DNA from: an uncultured Microbacteriaceae bacterium
GTDB taxonomy: Bacteria > Actinomycetota > Actinomycetes > Actinomycetales > Microbacteriaceae
Direction: 5' to 3'
Assembly: GCA_964540305.1 (NCBI GenBank)
Contig: CAZILZ010000002.1
Coordinates: forward strand, 28,330-92,329
Length of the DNA stretch: 64,000 nucleotides
Position 1 is the stretch's first letter; every line of letters begins with the position of its first letter. The notes beneath the pieces were generated by a model that was given only the letters and a program-made list of their open reading frames with translations, was not told the origin of the DNA and did not search any database. Both the position numbers and the translations under genes were made by a program. Shown piece after piece: positions 26,411 through 35,038 of the stretch.

Positions 26411-27304
26411 GTGCCCGGCTCGCGCGCTCTCGTCGTCGGCGACGTCATCGACGACATCATCGTCGTTCCCCGCGGGCCCATCCGCACCGACACCGACACG
26501 GCCGCGAGCATCACGCGGCACCCGGGCGGCTCGGCGTGCAACACCGCCGCCTGGCTGGGCTGGCTCGGCGCTGCCGTCGACCTCGTGGGGCGGGTCGGAA
26601 CGGGCGACGCCGAGCGGCACGCGAGCGCGCTGCGGGCATCCGGCGTCACGCCGCATCTGGGGGAGGACGCCGTGCTTCCGACGGGCACGATCGTCATCGT
26701 CGTCGACGGCGAGACGCGCACGATGCTGACCGATCGGGGCGCTAATGCGACGCTGCCGGTGTCGGCGGTGACGGATGCTCTGCTCGACGGTGCGGCCGTG
26801 CTGCACCTGACCGGCTACAGCCTCTTCGACGCGTTCAGCCTCGACGACCTCGCAGCTCTCGTCGATCGTGCGCACGCGCACGGGGTGCTCGTGACCTTCG
26901 ACCCCGGCTCGACGGGGTTCATCACCGACTTCGGGCTCGAGCGGTTCCGCACCGCGCTCGCGGGCGTCGACGTGCTGCTGCCGAATCTCGATGAGGGCCG
27001 ACTGCTCTCGGGCGAGCACGATCGGGCCGCCGTCGCGGGGGCGCTGCTCGCGCACTGCCCGGCGGTCGTGATCACGGGCGGCTCGTCGTCGGTGCTCGTC
27101 GCTCGGCGCGGCGAGGCGGCCGTCGAGGTCGACGTGGAGGCCCACCGCGCTGTCGACCCCACGGGCGCGGGCGACGCCTTCACGGCGGGCCTCGTCGCGG
27201 CCCTCGTCACCGGCGCCGACCTCGTTGCCGCCGCGCACGAGGGAGTGCGCGTCGCCGCCCGCGCGGTGATGCAGGCGGGCGGGCGGCCCCCCACGACGCG
27301 CTGA
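26411..27304 (+). CDS. PfkB-family carbohydrate/nucleoside kinase (probable pseudouridine kinase by context)
   Basis: PfkB signature DPTGAGDAF near the C-terminus. Lies immediately downstream of psuG. Confidence 0.7.
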   Translation: MPGSRALVVGDVIDDIIVVPRGPIRTDTDTAASITRHPGGSACNTAAWLGWLGAAVDLVGRVGTGDAERHASALRASGVTPHLGEDAVLPTGTIVIVVDGETRTMLTDRGANATLPVSAVTDALLDGAAVLHLTGYSLFDAFSLDDLAALVDRAHAHGVLVTFDPGSTGFITDFGLERFRTALAGVDVLLPNLDEGRLLSGEHDRAAVAGALLAHCPAVVITGGSSSVLVARRGEAAVEVDVEAHRAVDPTGAGDAFTAGLVAALVTGADLVAAAHEGVRVAARAVMQAGGRPPTTR

Positions 27305-27314
27305 CCGCGCACGC

Positions 27315-27355
27315 GAACGTGCCCCGCCCCTCACGAGGAGGAGCGGGGCACGTTC
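27315..27355. terminator. Strong hairpin between the convergent kinase gene and the S/P-rich protein gene
   Basis: Perfect 13-bp stem GAACGTGCCCCGC/GCGGGGCACGTTC with a 15-nt loop. Extendable by CGCACGC/GCGTGCG. Confidence 0.6.
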
Positions 27356-27398
27356 TCTGCGTGCGTCTGACGACCCGAACGTCGGACGCGGACCGGTG

Positions 27399-27770
27399 CT
27401 AGTCGGAGGAGCCGACGCTCGCGACCGACGCGGCCGAGGCGACCGACGCGGGCGAGACGGGGCTCACGGGCGACGGGGGCGTGACCGGCGAGACGGCCGA
27501 GGCCGGCGAGACCGGGCTGTCGCTCGCGGTCGGCTCGGGGCTGGGGCTCGACGAGGGGTCGGGGCTGACGATGCTATCGCTCGACACCGAGAAGTCGAGG
27601 TTCGCACCCGAGCCCTTGACGTCGTCGGTCACCGTGATGCCGGGAACCTCGAGGTTCGTGGCGCCGGCGATGAGCGGCAGGGCGCTCGCCGTCGAGACGG
27701 CTCCGGCGGCCATGACGCCGAGTCCGAGGGCTGAGGCGGCGCCGATGGCGATCCAGTTCTTCGCGTCCAT
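27399..27770 (-). CDS. Small secreted/anchored Ser-Pro-rich repeat protein
   Basis: MDAKNWIAIGAASALGLGVMAAGAV signal/anchor, then SPV/SPA repeats. AAGGA RBS upstream of the ATG at 27770. Confidence 0.55.
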   Translation of the reverse strand: MDAKNWIAIGAASALGLGVMAAGAVSTASALPLIAGATNLEVPGITVTDDVKGSGANLDFSVSSDSIVSPDPSSSPSPEPTASDSPVSPASAVSPVTPPSPVSPVSPASVASAASVASVGSSD

Positions 27771-27869
27771 GAGGGTGTCCTTTCGAGCTGCGGGGGAGCC
27801 GGTGCAGGTGCGCATCCGTGCTCCGTGATGAGTACAGACTGCGGCTCGTGCATGAGACCACCAGGAGGT

Positions 27870-27891
27870 TCGGATGAGAGGGTTCTCATCC
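27870..27891 (-). terminator. Hairpin overlapping the photolyase stop codon
   Basis: CGGATGAGA-gggt-TCTCATCCG, a 9-bp perfect stem with a tetraloop. Confidence 0.45.
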
Positions 27892-29256
27892 GGCGGAGAG
27901 CGCGGCGGCCTTCACCGCCTCGTACGCCGCGAGCGCGCGCGTGCGCGAGACGGCGAGGTCGACGATCGGCCGCGGGTACTCCGGCCCGTCGACCTCGGGC
28001 ACCCAGCGCTGCACGTAGGCCCGGTCGGGGTCGAAACGGTCGGCCTGCAGCACGGGGTTGAAGACGCGGAAGTACGGTGCGGCATCCGCCCCCGACCCCG
28101 CGACCCACTGCCAACTGGCCGCGTTGCTGGCCTCGTCGGCGTCGACGAGGGTGTCCCAGAACCAGGCCTCGCCGATGCGCCAGTCGACGAGAAGGTTCTT
28201 CGTCAGCAGCGAGGCGACGATCATGCGGACGCGGTTGTGCATCCAACCGCTCGTCCACAGCTGCCGCATGCCCGCGTCGACGATCGGGATGCCCGTGCGC
28301 CCGTGCTGCCACGCCTCGAGCACGGCCGGCTCGGGCGCCTCCCACGGGAACGCATCGAAATCGCGCCGCACGTTCACGCTCGCCAGCTGCGGCTGGTGGA
28401 ACAGGATGCTGTACGAGAACTCGCGCCAGCCGATCTCGCTGAGAAACTTGGCGCGGTTCACCGCGGCTTCCGGAGCCAGGCGCTCGTGCACGCGCGCCCA
28501 GATCTGGTGCGGGCTCAGCTCGCCGAACCGCAGGTGCGGGCTCAGGCGGCTCGTGGCCTCGATGCCGGGCTCGTCGCGCCGGTGGTAGAGCGGCAGCCCG
28601 TGCTCGACGAACTGCTCGAGGCGCGCGTGGGCGCCCTCGGCCCCCGGCGTCCACGCCTCACGCAGCCCCGTCGCCCAGTCGGGGCGGGTCGGCAGCAGCG
28701 CCCACTCGTCGAGAGCGTCTCCCGCGACCGCGAGCCCGTCGACGGATGCCGGGGCGGGCAGCGGCGACCGAGGCTCGCCCGCCGCGAGGCACGCCCGCCA
28801 GAACGGCGTGAAGACCCGGTACGCGCCACCGGAGCCCGAGGTGATCGTCCACGGCTCGTGCAGCAGGGAAGCCCCGAAGCTCTCGACCACGACGCCCTCG
28901 GCGCGCAGGCGCGACTTGAGTGCGGCATCCACGTCGCGCAGCGCCCCGTACCGGCGGTTCCAGTAGACGGCACCCGCTCCGGTCTCGGCCACGAGCGCGG
29001 GGATGACCTCGGCGGCCGCCCCGCGCCGCAGGGCCAGGCTGCCGCCGAGCTCGGCGAGGTCGTCGGCGAGCGACTGCAGGCTGCCGTGCAGCCACCACCG
29101 GCTCGCCCCGCCGAGCGGCCGCACGCCGGGTGACTGCTCGTCGAGCAGGAACACGACGACGACGGGCGCCCCGCGCTCGACGGCGGCGGTCAGGGCCGGG
29201 TTGTCGGCGACACGGAGGTCGTCGCGCAGCCACACGATGCTGGGGGAGGAGGCCAT
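27886..29256 (-). CDS. phr: Deoxyribodipyrimidine photolyase (cryptochrome/photolyase family)
   Basis: N-terminus IVWLRDDLRVADNPAL. C-terminal FAD-binding motifs (WREF, TGIPIVDAGMRQL, GWMHNRVRM, SWQWVAG). Confidence 0.9.
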   Translation of the reverse strand: MASSPSIVWLRDDLRVADNPALTAAVERGAPVVVVFLLDEQSPGVRPLGGASRWWLHGSLQSLADDLAELGGSLALRRGAAAEVIPALVAETGAGAVYWNRRYGALRDVDAALKSRLRAEGVVVESFGASLLHEPWTITSGSGGAYRVFTPFWRACLAAGEPRSPLPAPASVDGLAVAGDALDEWALLPTRPDWATGLREAWTPGAEGAHARLEQFVEHGLPLYHRRDEPGIEATSRLSPHLRFGELSPHQIWARVHERLAPEAAVNRAKFLSEIGWREFSYSILFHQPQLASVNVRRDFDAFPWEAPEPAVLEAWQHGRTGIPIVDAGMRQLWTSGWMHNRVRMIVASLLTKNLLVDWRIGEAWFWDTLVDADEASNAASWQWVAGSGADAAPYFRVFNPVLQADRFDPDRAYVQRWVPEVDGPEYPRPIVDLAVSRTRALAAYEAVKAAALSAG

Positions 29257-29291
29257 GAGGCGAGGCTAGCCGCGCCCGGCCGCGAGAATGC

Positions 29292-29720
29292 TCAGTCGCG
29301 CAGGCGCCGACACAGCTCGGTGAGCTGCTCGAGCTCGTCGACGTCGAGTCGTGAGCCCACCCGCCGCGCGATCGCGTCGGCGTGGATGACGGCCACGCGC
29401 TTGAACAGCTCGTAGCCCTCGGGGCGCAGCGCGACGATCGTGCCCCGGGCATCGGTGGCATCGGGGAGCTTGTCGACGAGGCCGCGTGCGGCGAGCCGGT
29501 CGATGAGTCGGCTGACGCTCGGCTGGCTCAGCAGGAGGTGGGGGATGAGGTCGCGGATGCGCATCCGGCGCTCGGGCGTGCGCGAGAGGTTGAACAGCAC
29601 GTCGTACTCGGTGAACGAGATCTCGCTCGTCGGAAACTCGGCGTTGAGCTGCCGCAGCACCGAGACCTGGGCGCGGAACAGCGCCTCCCAGGCACCGACC
29701 GCGATCGCCTTCTCCGTCAT
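29292..29720 (-). CDS. MarR-family transcriptional regulator
   Basis: 142 aa with a central wHTH (...ISFTEYDVLFNLSRTPERRMRIRDLIPHLLLSQPSVSRLIDRLAARGLV...). Confidence 0.8.
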   Translation of the reverse strand: MTEKAIAVGAWEALFRAQVSVLRQLNAEFPTSEISFTEYDVLFNLSRTPERRMRIRDLIPHLLLSQPSVSRLIDRLAARGLVDKLPDATDARGTIVALRPEGYELFKRVAVIHADAIARRVGSRLDVDELEQLTELCRRLRD

Positions 29721-29806
29721 GCGCCAACTCTATGCGCGGGAATGGGCCGATGGCGGCGGATGACGCGGGGTTCTCGCCGATGTCGTGCCGCGTCGCGGGC
29801 AAGCGA

Positions 29807-29838
29807 AGGGCCGGTCACCGAGGCGGGCGACCGGCCCT
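29807..29838. terminator. Hairpin downstream of the wHTH regulator gene
   Basis: Perfect 10-bp stem AGGGCCGGTC/GACCGGCCCT with a 12-nt loop. Pyrimidine/T-containing flanks on both strands. Confidence 0.5.
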
Positions 29839-29844
29839 CTTCCC

Positions 29845-29960
29845 TTGCACCAAGAGTGTCCTGCAATCACATTCCGCGTCTCCCGCCACAGCAAACGATC
29901 GACGCATGACGAATGTATAACGGAAAGGTAACGGTGTCTAGTTATCGAACCGTTATTTTT
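29845..29960 (+). ncRNA. Candidate small RNA in an AT-rich intergenic region (speculative)
   Basis: Promoter-like TTGCAC-N17-CACATT at 29845-29873. Downstream terminator-like hairpin TAACGGT-N13-ACCGTTA followed by TTTTT (29929-29960). It lies on the strand opposite both flanking genes. Confidence 0.2.
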
Positions 29961-29998
29961 CGAGATCGGTCGAGGGATGCCCGCGCGACCCGCGAGCC

Positions 29999-30907
29999 CT
30001 AGAAGAAGTCGGGGCTCGGCGTCGAGGCGTACCGGATCGACACGTCGGCGTGCCGGTCGAAGCGGTAGCCCGAGCCGCGCACGGTGCGCACGATGTCTTC
30101 GTAGCCCCCGAGCTTGGCGCGCAGGCGCCGCACGTGCACGTCGATCGTGCGCTCGTTCGGCACGTCGTCGTCACCCTCGGCGCCGTCGGCCCACAGCGCG
30201 CTGATGAGCTCGGCGCGCTCGATCGTGCGCCCCTCGCGCAGCACGAGGTACTGCAGCAGTTCGAACTCCTTGTACGTGAGCGACGCGGTCTCGCCGTCGA
30301 GCAGCACTCGCTTGCGCGAGATGTCGATGACGACGCCCTCGGCCACCGGCTCGGCCGGGGCCTCGTCGGCGCGGCGGTAGCGGGCGAGCGCCGAGGGGTC
30401 TTGCAGGGCGAGTCGCACGACCTCGACATCGCGGCCCCCCGCACCCGCGGGCGCGAGCGCGACAGCAGCGTGGGTCTCGGCGCCCGGAGCGAGCTCGCCC
30501 GTGAGGCGCTTGAGCTCGAGAACGAGCCGCCCGAGGTCGATGCCCGCGGCGGCGGCCTTGGCCTCGTCGAGACCGACGTAGAGCACGAAGCCGCGCGCCT
30601 CGGTGCCTTCCGGCACGGCACGGAGGCGCGGTGCGGGCGCGACCGGAGCGGCCGGCGGAGCGGCCGGCGCGACCGGCTGCGCAGCGGCGGGGGGAGCGGA
30701 GGAGGGACGGGGGGAGAGGGTGGCGAGAGACATCGTGGTGACGCTTTCTGCGGAGTCGAACGGCTCGTCGCCCGTCGCCGTAGCGGATGCGGAGGAGGTG
30801 CCGTTCGGAAGCTGTGTACCGAGGGTGCGCGGGCTGAGGCCGCGCGTGTCGGGAGCCGGGGCATCCGGACCCGAGGGGGGGAGCGCGTCGTGCGTCGGAT
30901 CAGACAT
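29999..30907 (-). CDS. Winged-helix (OmpR/PhoB C-terminal type) DNA-binding protein lacking a receiver domain
   Basis: C-terminal LTYKEFELLQYLVLREGRTIERAELISALW...IDVHVRRLRAKLG...IVRTVRGSGYRF. The N-terminus is Ala/Pro-rich and low-complexity. Confidence 0.75.
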   Translation of the reverse strand: MSDPTHDALPPSGPDAPAPDTRGLSPRTLGTQLPNGTSSASATATGDEPFDSAESVTTMSLATLSPRPSSAPPAAAQPVAPAAPPAAPVAPAPRLRAVPEGTEARGFVLYVGLDEAKAAAAGIDLGRLVLELKRLTGELAPGAETHAAVALAPAGAGGRDVEVVRLALQDPSALARYRRADEAPAEPVAEGVVIDISRKRVLLDGETASLTYKEFELLQYLVLREGRTIERAELISALWADGAEGDDDVPNERTIDVHVRRLRAKLGGYEDIVRTVRGSGYRFDRHADVSIRYASTPSPDFF

Positions 30908-31155
30908 CGTCGTGTCAGACGATGGATCGTGACGCCGCAGCGGCTCGGGCAGACACGGTGGGTGCCACGAGAGGGCCGATTAGGCGCACATTCGACAGCA
31001 CACGTCAGCGCTCGCCGGCATCATCATGCCAGCGGTCTCCACAGCCTCGGGGGCGGTCAGGAGGTTCGCGGTGACGGTCATGCGGGCAAGTATCCCCGAG
31101 GGTGCGGCAGAGCGTCAAGTCGAGGGCAGGTCGGCGGATGCTCGGCCGACGCCGC

Positions 31156-31791
31156 TCAGCCGACCGTGCCGTACAGCCGATCGCCGGCGTCGCCGAGCCC
31201 GGGCACGATGTAGCCCTTCTCGTTGAGCTTCTCGTCGAGGGCGCCCAGCACGATCGTGACGTCGCGCCCGGCGGTGGCCTTCTCGATCATCGCGAGCCCC
31301 TCCGGGGCGCCGAGGATGCAGACCGCGGTGACGTCGTCGGCGCCTCGGTCGAACAAGAAGTCGATCGCCGCGAGCAGTGAGCCGCCGGTCGCGAGCATGG
31401 GGTCGAGCACGAAGCACTGCCGCCCCTCGAGGTGGTCGGGCAGGCGCTCGGCGTACACGCTCGGCTCGAGCGTGTCGTGGTCGCGCACCATGCCGAGGAA
31501 CCCGACCTCGGCGCTCGGCACGAGCTTGACCATGCCTTCGAGCATGCCGAGCCCCGCGCGAAGGATGGGCACGATGAGCGGGCGAGGCTCGCTGATGGCG
31601 AGGCCGACCGTCTGGGCGACGGGGGTCTGGATGGTGACCTCGTGCGTGCGCACGTGGCGCGTCGCCTCGTACGCGAGAAGAGTGACGAGCTCTTCGGTGA
31701 GCGCCCGGAAGGTCGCCGACGGGGTGCCCTGGTCACGCAGCACGGTGAGCTTGTGGGTGATCAGGGGGTGGTCGGCAACGTGTACTCGCAT
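31156..31791 (-). CDS. upp: Uracil phosphoribosyltransferase
   Basis: [21 protein letters not shown]-terminus. PRPP loop [12 protein letters not shown]-terminal [17 protein letters not shown]. Confidence 0.92.
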   Translation of the reverse strand: MRVHVADHPLITHKLTVLRDQGTPSATFRALTEELVTLLAYEATRHVRTHEVTIQTPVAQTVGLAISEPRPLIVPILRAGLGMLEGMVKLVPSAEVGFLGMVRDHDTLEPSVYAERLPDHLEGRQCFVLDPMLATGGSLLAAIDFLFDRGADDVTAVCILGAPEGLAMIEKATAGRDVTIVLGALDEKLNEKGYIVPGLGDAGDRLYGTVG

Positions 31792-31797
31792 AGGCTC

Positions 31798-31803
31798 AAT
31801 CTA
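31798..31803 (-). promoter_or_regulatory. Candidate -10 hexamer TAGATT for a leaderless upp mRNA
   Basis: On the minus strand TAGATT is followed by 6 nt (gagcct) and then the ATG, matching TANNNT at -12 to -7 relative to the A of the start codon. Confidence 0.3.
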
Positions 31804-31818
31804 ACGGAAGGGCGGGGC

Positions 31819-32286
31819 ATGACCACGGTGTCCGACGGCGATCGCACGGCCATGCGCGCCGCCCTCGACGAGGCCCGCAGCGCTCTGGCCTCGGGCGACG
31901 TGCCCGTCGGAGCGGTCGTGCTCGATGCCGCCGGAGCCATCATTGGCCGCGGCCGCAACGAGCGCGAGCTGCACCACGACCCGACCGCGCACGCCGAGGT
32001 GGTCGCGCTGCGAGCGGCGGCGGCCGCGACGGGCGACTGGCAGCTGACCGGATGCTCGCTCGTCGTCACCCTCGAACCCTGCGTGCTCTGCGCCGGCGCG
32101 ATCCTCGCCGCGCGCATCGACCGCGTGGTGTTCGGGGCGTGGGACGCCAAGGCCGGAGCCGCGGGCAGCGTCGTCGACCTGCTGCGCGAGCGGCGCCTGC
32201 CCCACCGGGTGGCCGAGGTCGTCGGCGGGGTCGACGAGCAGGAGTGCGCATCCCTGCTCGCCGCATTCTTCAGCGAGCGGCGCTGA
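31819..32286 (+). CDS. tadA: tRNA adenosine(34) deaminase
   Basis: HAEVVAL and PCVLCAG zinc motifs. 155 aa. Start trimmed to the ATG at 31819, which has a GGAAGGG RBS. Confidence 0.88.
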   Translation: MTTVSDGDRTAMRAALDEARSALASGDVPVGAVVLDAAGAIIGRGRNERELHHDPTAHAEVVALRAAAAATGDWQLTGCSLVVTLEPCVLCAGAILAARIDRVVFGAWDAKAGAAGSVVDLLRERRLPHRVAEVVGGVDEQECASLLAAFFSERR

Positions 32287-32320
32287 GTCGAGCGGCGCTG
32301 AGTCGAGCGGCGCTGAGTCG
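32276..32320. repeat. Perfect 3 x 15-bp tandem repeat AGCGGCGCTGAGTCG spanning the tadA stop codon
   Basis: Three identical units read directly from the sequence at 32276-32290, 32291-32305 and 32306-32320. Each unit contains an in-frame TGA. Confidence 0.95.
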
Positions 32321-32337
32321 CCCCGCGGTGCTGCGGT

Positions 32338-33261
32338 TCAGACCGCGGTGCTGACGCTCGCGAGCCCGGGCTCGATGTAGATCACGCGCGCGATCGGCAC
32401 GGCGGCGCGCACGGCGACCTCGAGCTCGTTGATGATCGCCGCGACCTCTTCGATGTCGGTGCCCGGCGAGAAGGTGACCTTGGCGCCGACGAGCAGCTCG
32501 TCGGGCCCGAGGTACAGGGTCTTCATGTGCACGACGGCCGTCACGTCGTCGTGCGCGTCGAGCGCCTGGCGGATGGCTCGCACGTCGTCGACCGAGGCGC
32601 CTTCGCCGACGAGCAGGCTCTTGGTCTCGATGCCGAGCACGATGGCGACGAGCACGAGCAGGAGGCCGATCATGATGGTGCCGACGGCGTCCCACAGCGA
32701 GTCGCCGGTGAGCACCGTGAGGCCCACCCCCAGCAGGGCGAAGACGAGCCCGAGCAGCGCCGCGACGTCTTCGAGCAGCACGACGGGCAGCTCGGGCGCC
32801 TTCGAGCGGCGGATGAACTGGATCCAGCCCTGGGTTCCGCGCACGTGGTTCGATTCGCGCACCGCGGTGCGTAGTGAGAACGACTCGAGCGCGATCGCGA
32901 TGAGCAGCACGACGATCGGCAGCCACGCGTTCTCGAGCGGGTGCGGATCCTGCAGCTTGCTGACGCCCTCGTAGAGCGAGAAGACCCCGCCGATCGAGAA
33001 CAGGATGATCGCGACGACGAAGGCGTACACGTAGCGCTCGCGGCCGAAGCCGAAGGGGTGCTCGGCATCGGCCGCTCGCCGGGCCTTGCGGCCGCCGAGC
33101 AGCAGCAGCAGCTGGTTGCCGGCATCGGCCACCGAGTGCACGCTCTCGGCGAGCATCGCGCTCGATCCTGAGACGAGGAACGCGATGAACTTGGTGATGG
33201 CGATTCCGGTGTTGGCGAGCAGCGCCGCGACGATCGCCTTGGCACCGCCGGAGGCGCTCAC
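32338..33261 (-). CDS. Cation diffusion facilitator (CDF) family metal efflux transporter
   Basis: GTG start at 33261 preceded by GGAGGAGG. TM2 ...MLAESVHSVADAGNQ... C-terminal dimerisation domain. Confidence 0.82.
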   Translation of the reverse strand: MSASGGAKAIVAALLANTGIAITKFIAFLVSGSSAMLAESVHSVADAGNQLLLLLGGRKARRAADAEHPFGFGRERYVYAFVVAIILFSIGGVFSLYEGVSKLQDPHPLENAWLPIVVLLIAIALESFSLRTAVRESNHVRGTQGWIQFIRRSKAPELPVVLLEDVAALLGLVFALLGVGLTVLTGDSLWDAVGTIMIGLLLVLVAIVLGIETKSLLVGEGASVDDVRAIRQALDAHDDVTAVVHMKTLYLGPDELLVGAKVTFSPGTDIEEVAAIINELEVAVRAAVPIARVIYIEPGLASVSTAV

Positions 33262-33307
33262 GGCGCCTCCTCCGACCGGTAGCCCGCAGCGGCGCGAGGG
33301 CGGCGGA

Positions 33308-33682
33308 TCACCAGAAGACGGCGAGCGCGATGTTGACGAAGGCGAGGCCGCCCGCGGCGTGGAAGAAGGGCAGCAGCTCGCGACCGCCGCCACCCTCGGT
33401 CTTGCGCTGCTTGAGGAAGCCCAGCAGGGCCGCGACGAAGATCACGACGGCGATCGTCAGCTTGACGCCGATCTTGGCGTAGTTGAGGGGGCCGTCGTCG
33501 TCGCCGCCCATCTCGGCGAGGCCGACGAGTGCGAGGCCGGTGACGAGCTGCGTGATGGCACCGCCGAGCACGACGGGGAAGGCGTACTGGCCCTTCCAGC
33601 GGGCCTGCATGAGGAACGGGCCGACGATCGCGGCGAGGCCGATGAAGTGGCCGACGAGGATGACAGAGTGCAGCACGTCCAT
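33308..33682 (-). CDS. Small integral membrane protein (about 4 TM), unknown function
   Basis: 124 aa with four hydrophobic segments. Same strand as the CDF gene and directly upstream of it. Confidence 0.55.
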   Translation of the reverse strand: MDVLHSVILVGHFIGLAAIVGPFLMQARWKGQYAFPVVLGGAITQLVTGLALVGLAEMGGDDDGPLNYAKIGVKLTIAVVIFVAALLGFLKQRKTEGGGGRELLPFFHAAGGLAFVNIALAVFW

Positions 33683-33763
33683 GAAGAGCTCCTACGCGAG
33701 GGGATGCCGTTCGGCACGGTGCCGTGCCGAGTCACAGCGTAGTGATGTGCGAGCCCGAGCGGG

Positions 33764-34054
33764 TCAGTCGGCGCCGCGGATGACGAAGACGTCGGTCGGC
33801 GGGTTCGCGTCGTCGCGCGGAGCCGCGATCTCGGGCTCGAGCACGATGTCTGAGGCCTCCGGCGCGACAGCCCGGATGCCCGTGCGCACGGCGTCGAGGA
33901 TGGTGACGATGTCGCCGACCGGAGTGCTCGGGCCGAAGCCGAGTCGGGCCGTCACGAGGTGCCCGCCGTCGGCCAGCTCGACTGCCGCGATGGCACCGAC
34001 GCTCTGCACGCCCGCCGTCGCCAGCAGCACCTCTCGGATCGCCGATGTCTGCAT
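33764..34054 (-). CDS. 96-aa stand-alone protein resembling a CDF C-terminal (ZT_dimer-like) domain
   Basis: ATG at 34054 with a GGAGG RBS. The alternating pattern ...GHLVTARLGFGP...IVTILDAVRTGIRAVAPEASDIVLEP parallels the C-terminus of the adjacent CDF (...LLVGAKVTFSP...INELEVAVRAAVPIARVIYIEP). The remaining 400 aa of the track ORF was rejected. Confidence 0.5.
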   Translation of the reverse strand: MQTSAIREVLLATAGVQSVGAIAAVELADGGHLVTARLGFGPSTPVGDIVTILDAVRTGIRAVAPEASDIVLEPEIAAPRDDANPPTDVFVIRGAD

Positions 34055-34120
34055 GTCTGCCTCCGACTGTCGCGCGCTGTTCCCTCGGATGGTGGCTCCC
34101 GACCAACCTACACTCGTGGC

Positions 34121-34948
34121 ATGAGCGCCTCCCTTCCCGCGATCGCGATCCTCGGCACCGGCTCGATGGGCGGCGCGATCCTGCGCGGTCTGCGGCAGCC
34201 CGGCGTCGCCGTCGACGCGCTGCGTGCCACCACCCGCACCGATGCGTCGGCGGCCGCGCTGCGGGCCGAGGGGGTCGAGGCGCGCGGCACCGAGCACGAC
34301 TCGGCGGCCAATCAATGGGCGGTGGCGGATGCCCGCCTCGTGCTGCTCGGCGTCAAACCCGCGCAGATCACGGCGCTGCTCGCCGACCTGGGCCCGAGCC
34401 TGCACCCCGAGGCGCTCGTCGTGAGCGTCGCGGCCGGCATCACGACCGAGTCGATGCAGTCGGTGGTGCCGAACGCGATCGTGCGCGCGATGCCGAACAC
34501 GCCCGCGCTCATCGGCCGCGGGGTCACGGGCATCAGCGGCGGCTCGCGCGCGACGGCCGCGCACCTCGCGCTCGCCGACGACCTCTTCCGCACCGTCGGC
34601 ACGGTCGTCGAGCTGCCCGAGACGCAGATCGACGCCCTCTCGACTATCAGCGGCTCGGGCCCCGCCTACGTGTTCCTGCTCATCGAGGAGCTCACGCGCG
34701 CGGCCGAGGCGATGGGCTTCGAGCCCGACGTCGCGAGCCTGCTCGTGCAGCAGACCTTCACGGGTGCGGCTCTGCTGCTCGAGGCGACGGGCGACGATCC
34801 GGCCGAGCTGCGACGCCGCGTCACGAGCCCGAAGGGCACGACCGAGCGCGCGATCGCGGTGCTGCAGGATGCCCGCCTCGCCGACCTCTTCGAACGGGCC
34901 GCGCGCGCCGCACAGGAACGCGCACGGCAACTGGCCGCCGGAGCATAG
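34121..34948 (+). CDS. proC: Pyrroline-5-carboxylate reductase
   Basis: IAILGTGSMGGAIL Rossmann N-terminus, AMPNTPA, and C-terminal SPKGTTERAI. Confidence 0.9.
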   Translation: MSASLPAIAILGTGSMGGAILRGLRQPGVAVDALRATTRTDASAAALRAEGVEARGTEHDSAANQWAVADARLVLLGVKPAQITALLADLGPSLHPEALVVSVAAGITTESMQSVVPNAIVRAMPNTPALIGRGVTGISGGSRATAAHLALADDLFRTVGTVVELPETQIDALSTISGSGPAYVFLLIEELTRAAEAMGFEPDVASLLVQQTFTGAALLLEATGDDPAELRRRVTSPKGTTERAIAVLQDARLADLFERAARAAQERARQLAAGA

Positions 34949-35038
34949 GCAGGCCATAGTGCGCTCATAGGATCGGGGCGAACTGTGGCGTCGTCGATCC
35001 GCGAACCGTCGCGGGTCTCCGACTCGAGGGAGCATCCC

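Noticed and set aside
27481-27828. 115-aa plus-strand ORF
   Set aside because: It is antisense to the Ser/Pro-rich secreted protein gene, which has a signal sequence and an RBS. The plus-strand frame has neither.
29732-29920. 62-aa plus-strand ORF in the marR / wHTH intergenic region
   Set aside because: It has no RBS and a poor coding-like composition. It spans a terminator hairpin. The region is better explained as non-coding regulatory or sRNA sequence.
29943-29954. 12-mer TATCGAACCGTT shared between the marR-side intergenic region (29943-29954) and the DEAD-box helicase upstream region (62956-62967)
   Set aside because: A single shared 12-mer is within chance expectation for this amount of sequence. 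There is no extended similarity around it, so I do not claim a common regulatory element.
32276-32320. Considered whether the 15-bp tandem repeat is a CRISPR array or mini-array
   Set aside because: The units are directly abutting with no spacers, are only 15 bp long, and number only three. There are no cas genes in the window.
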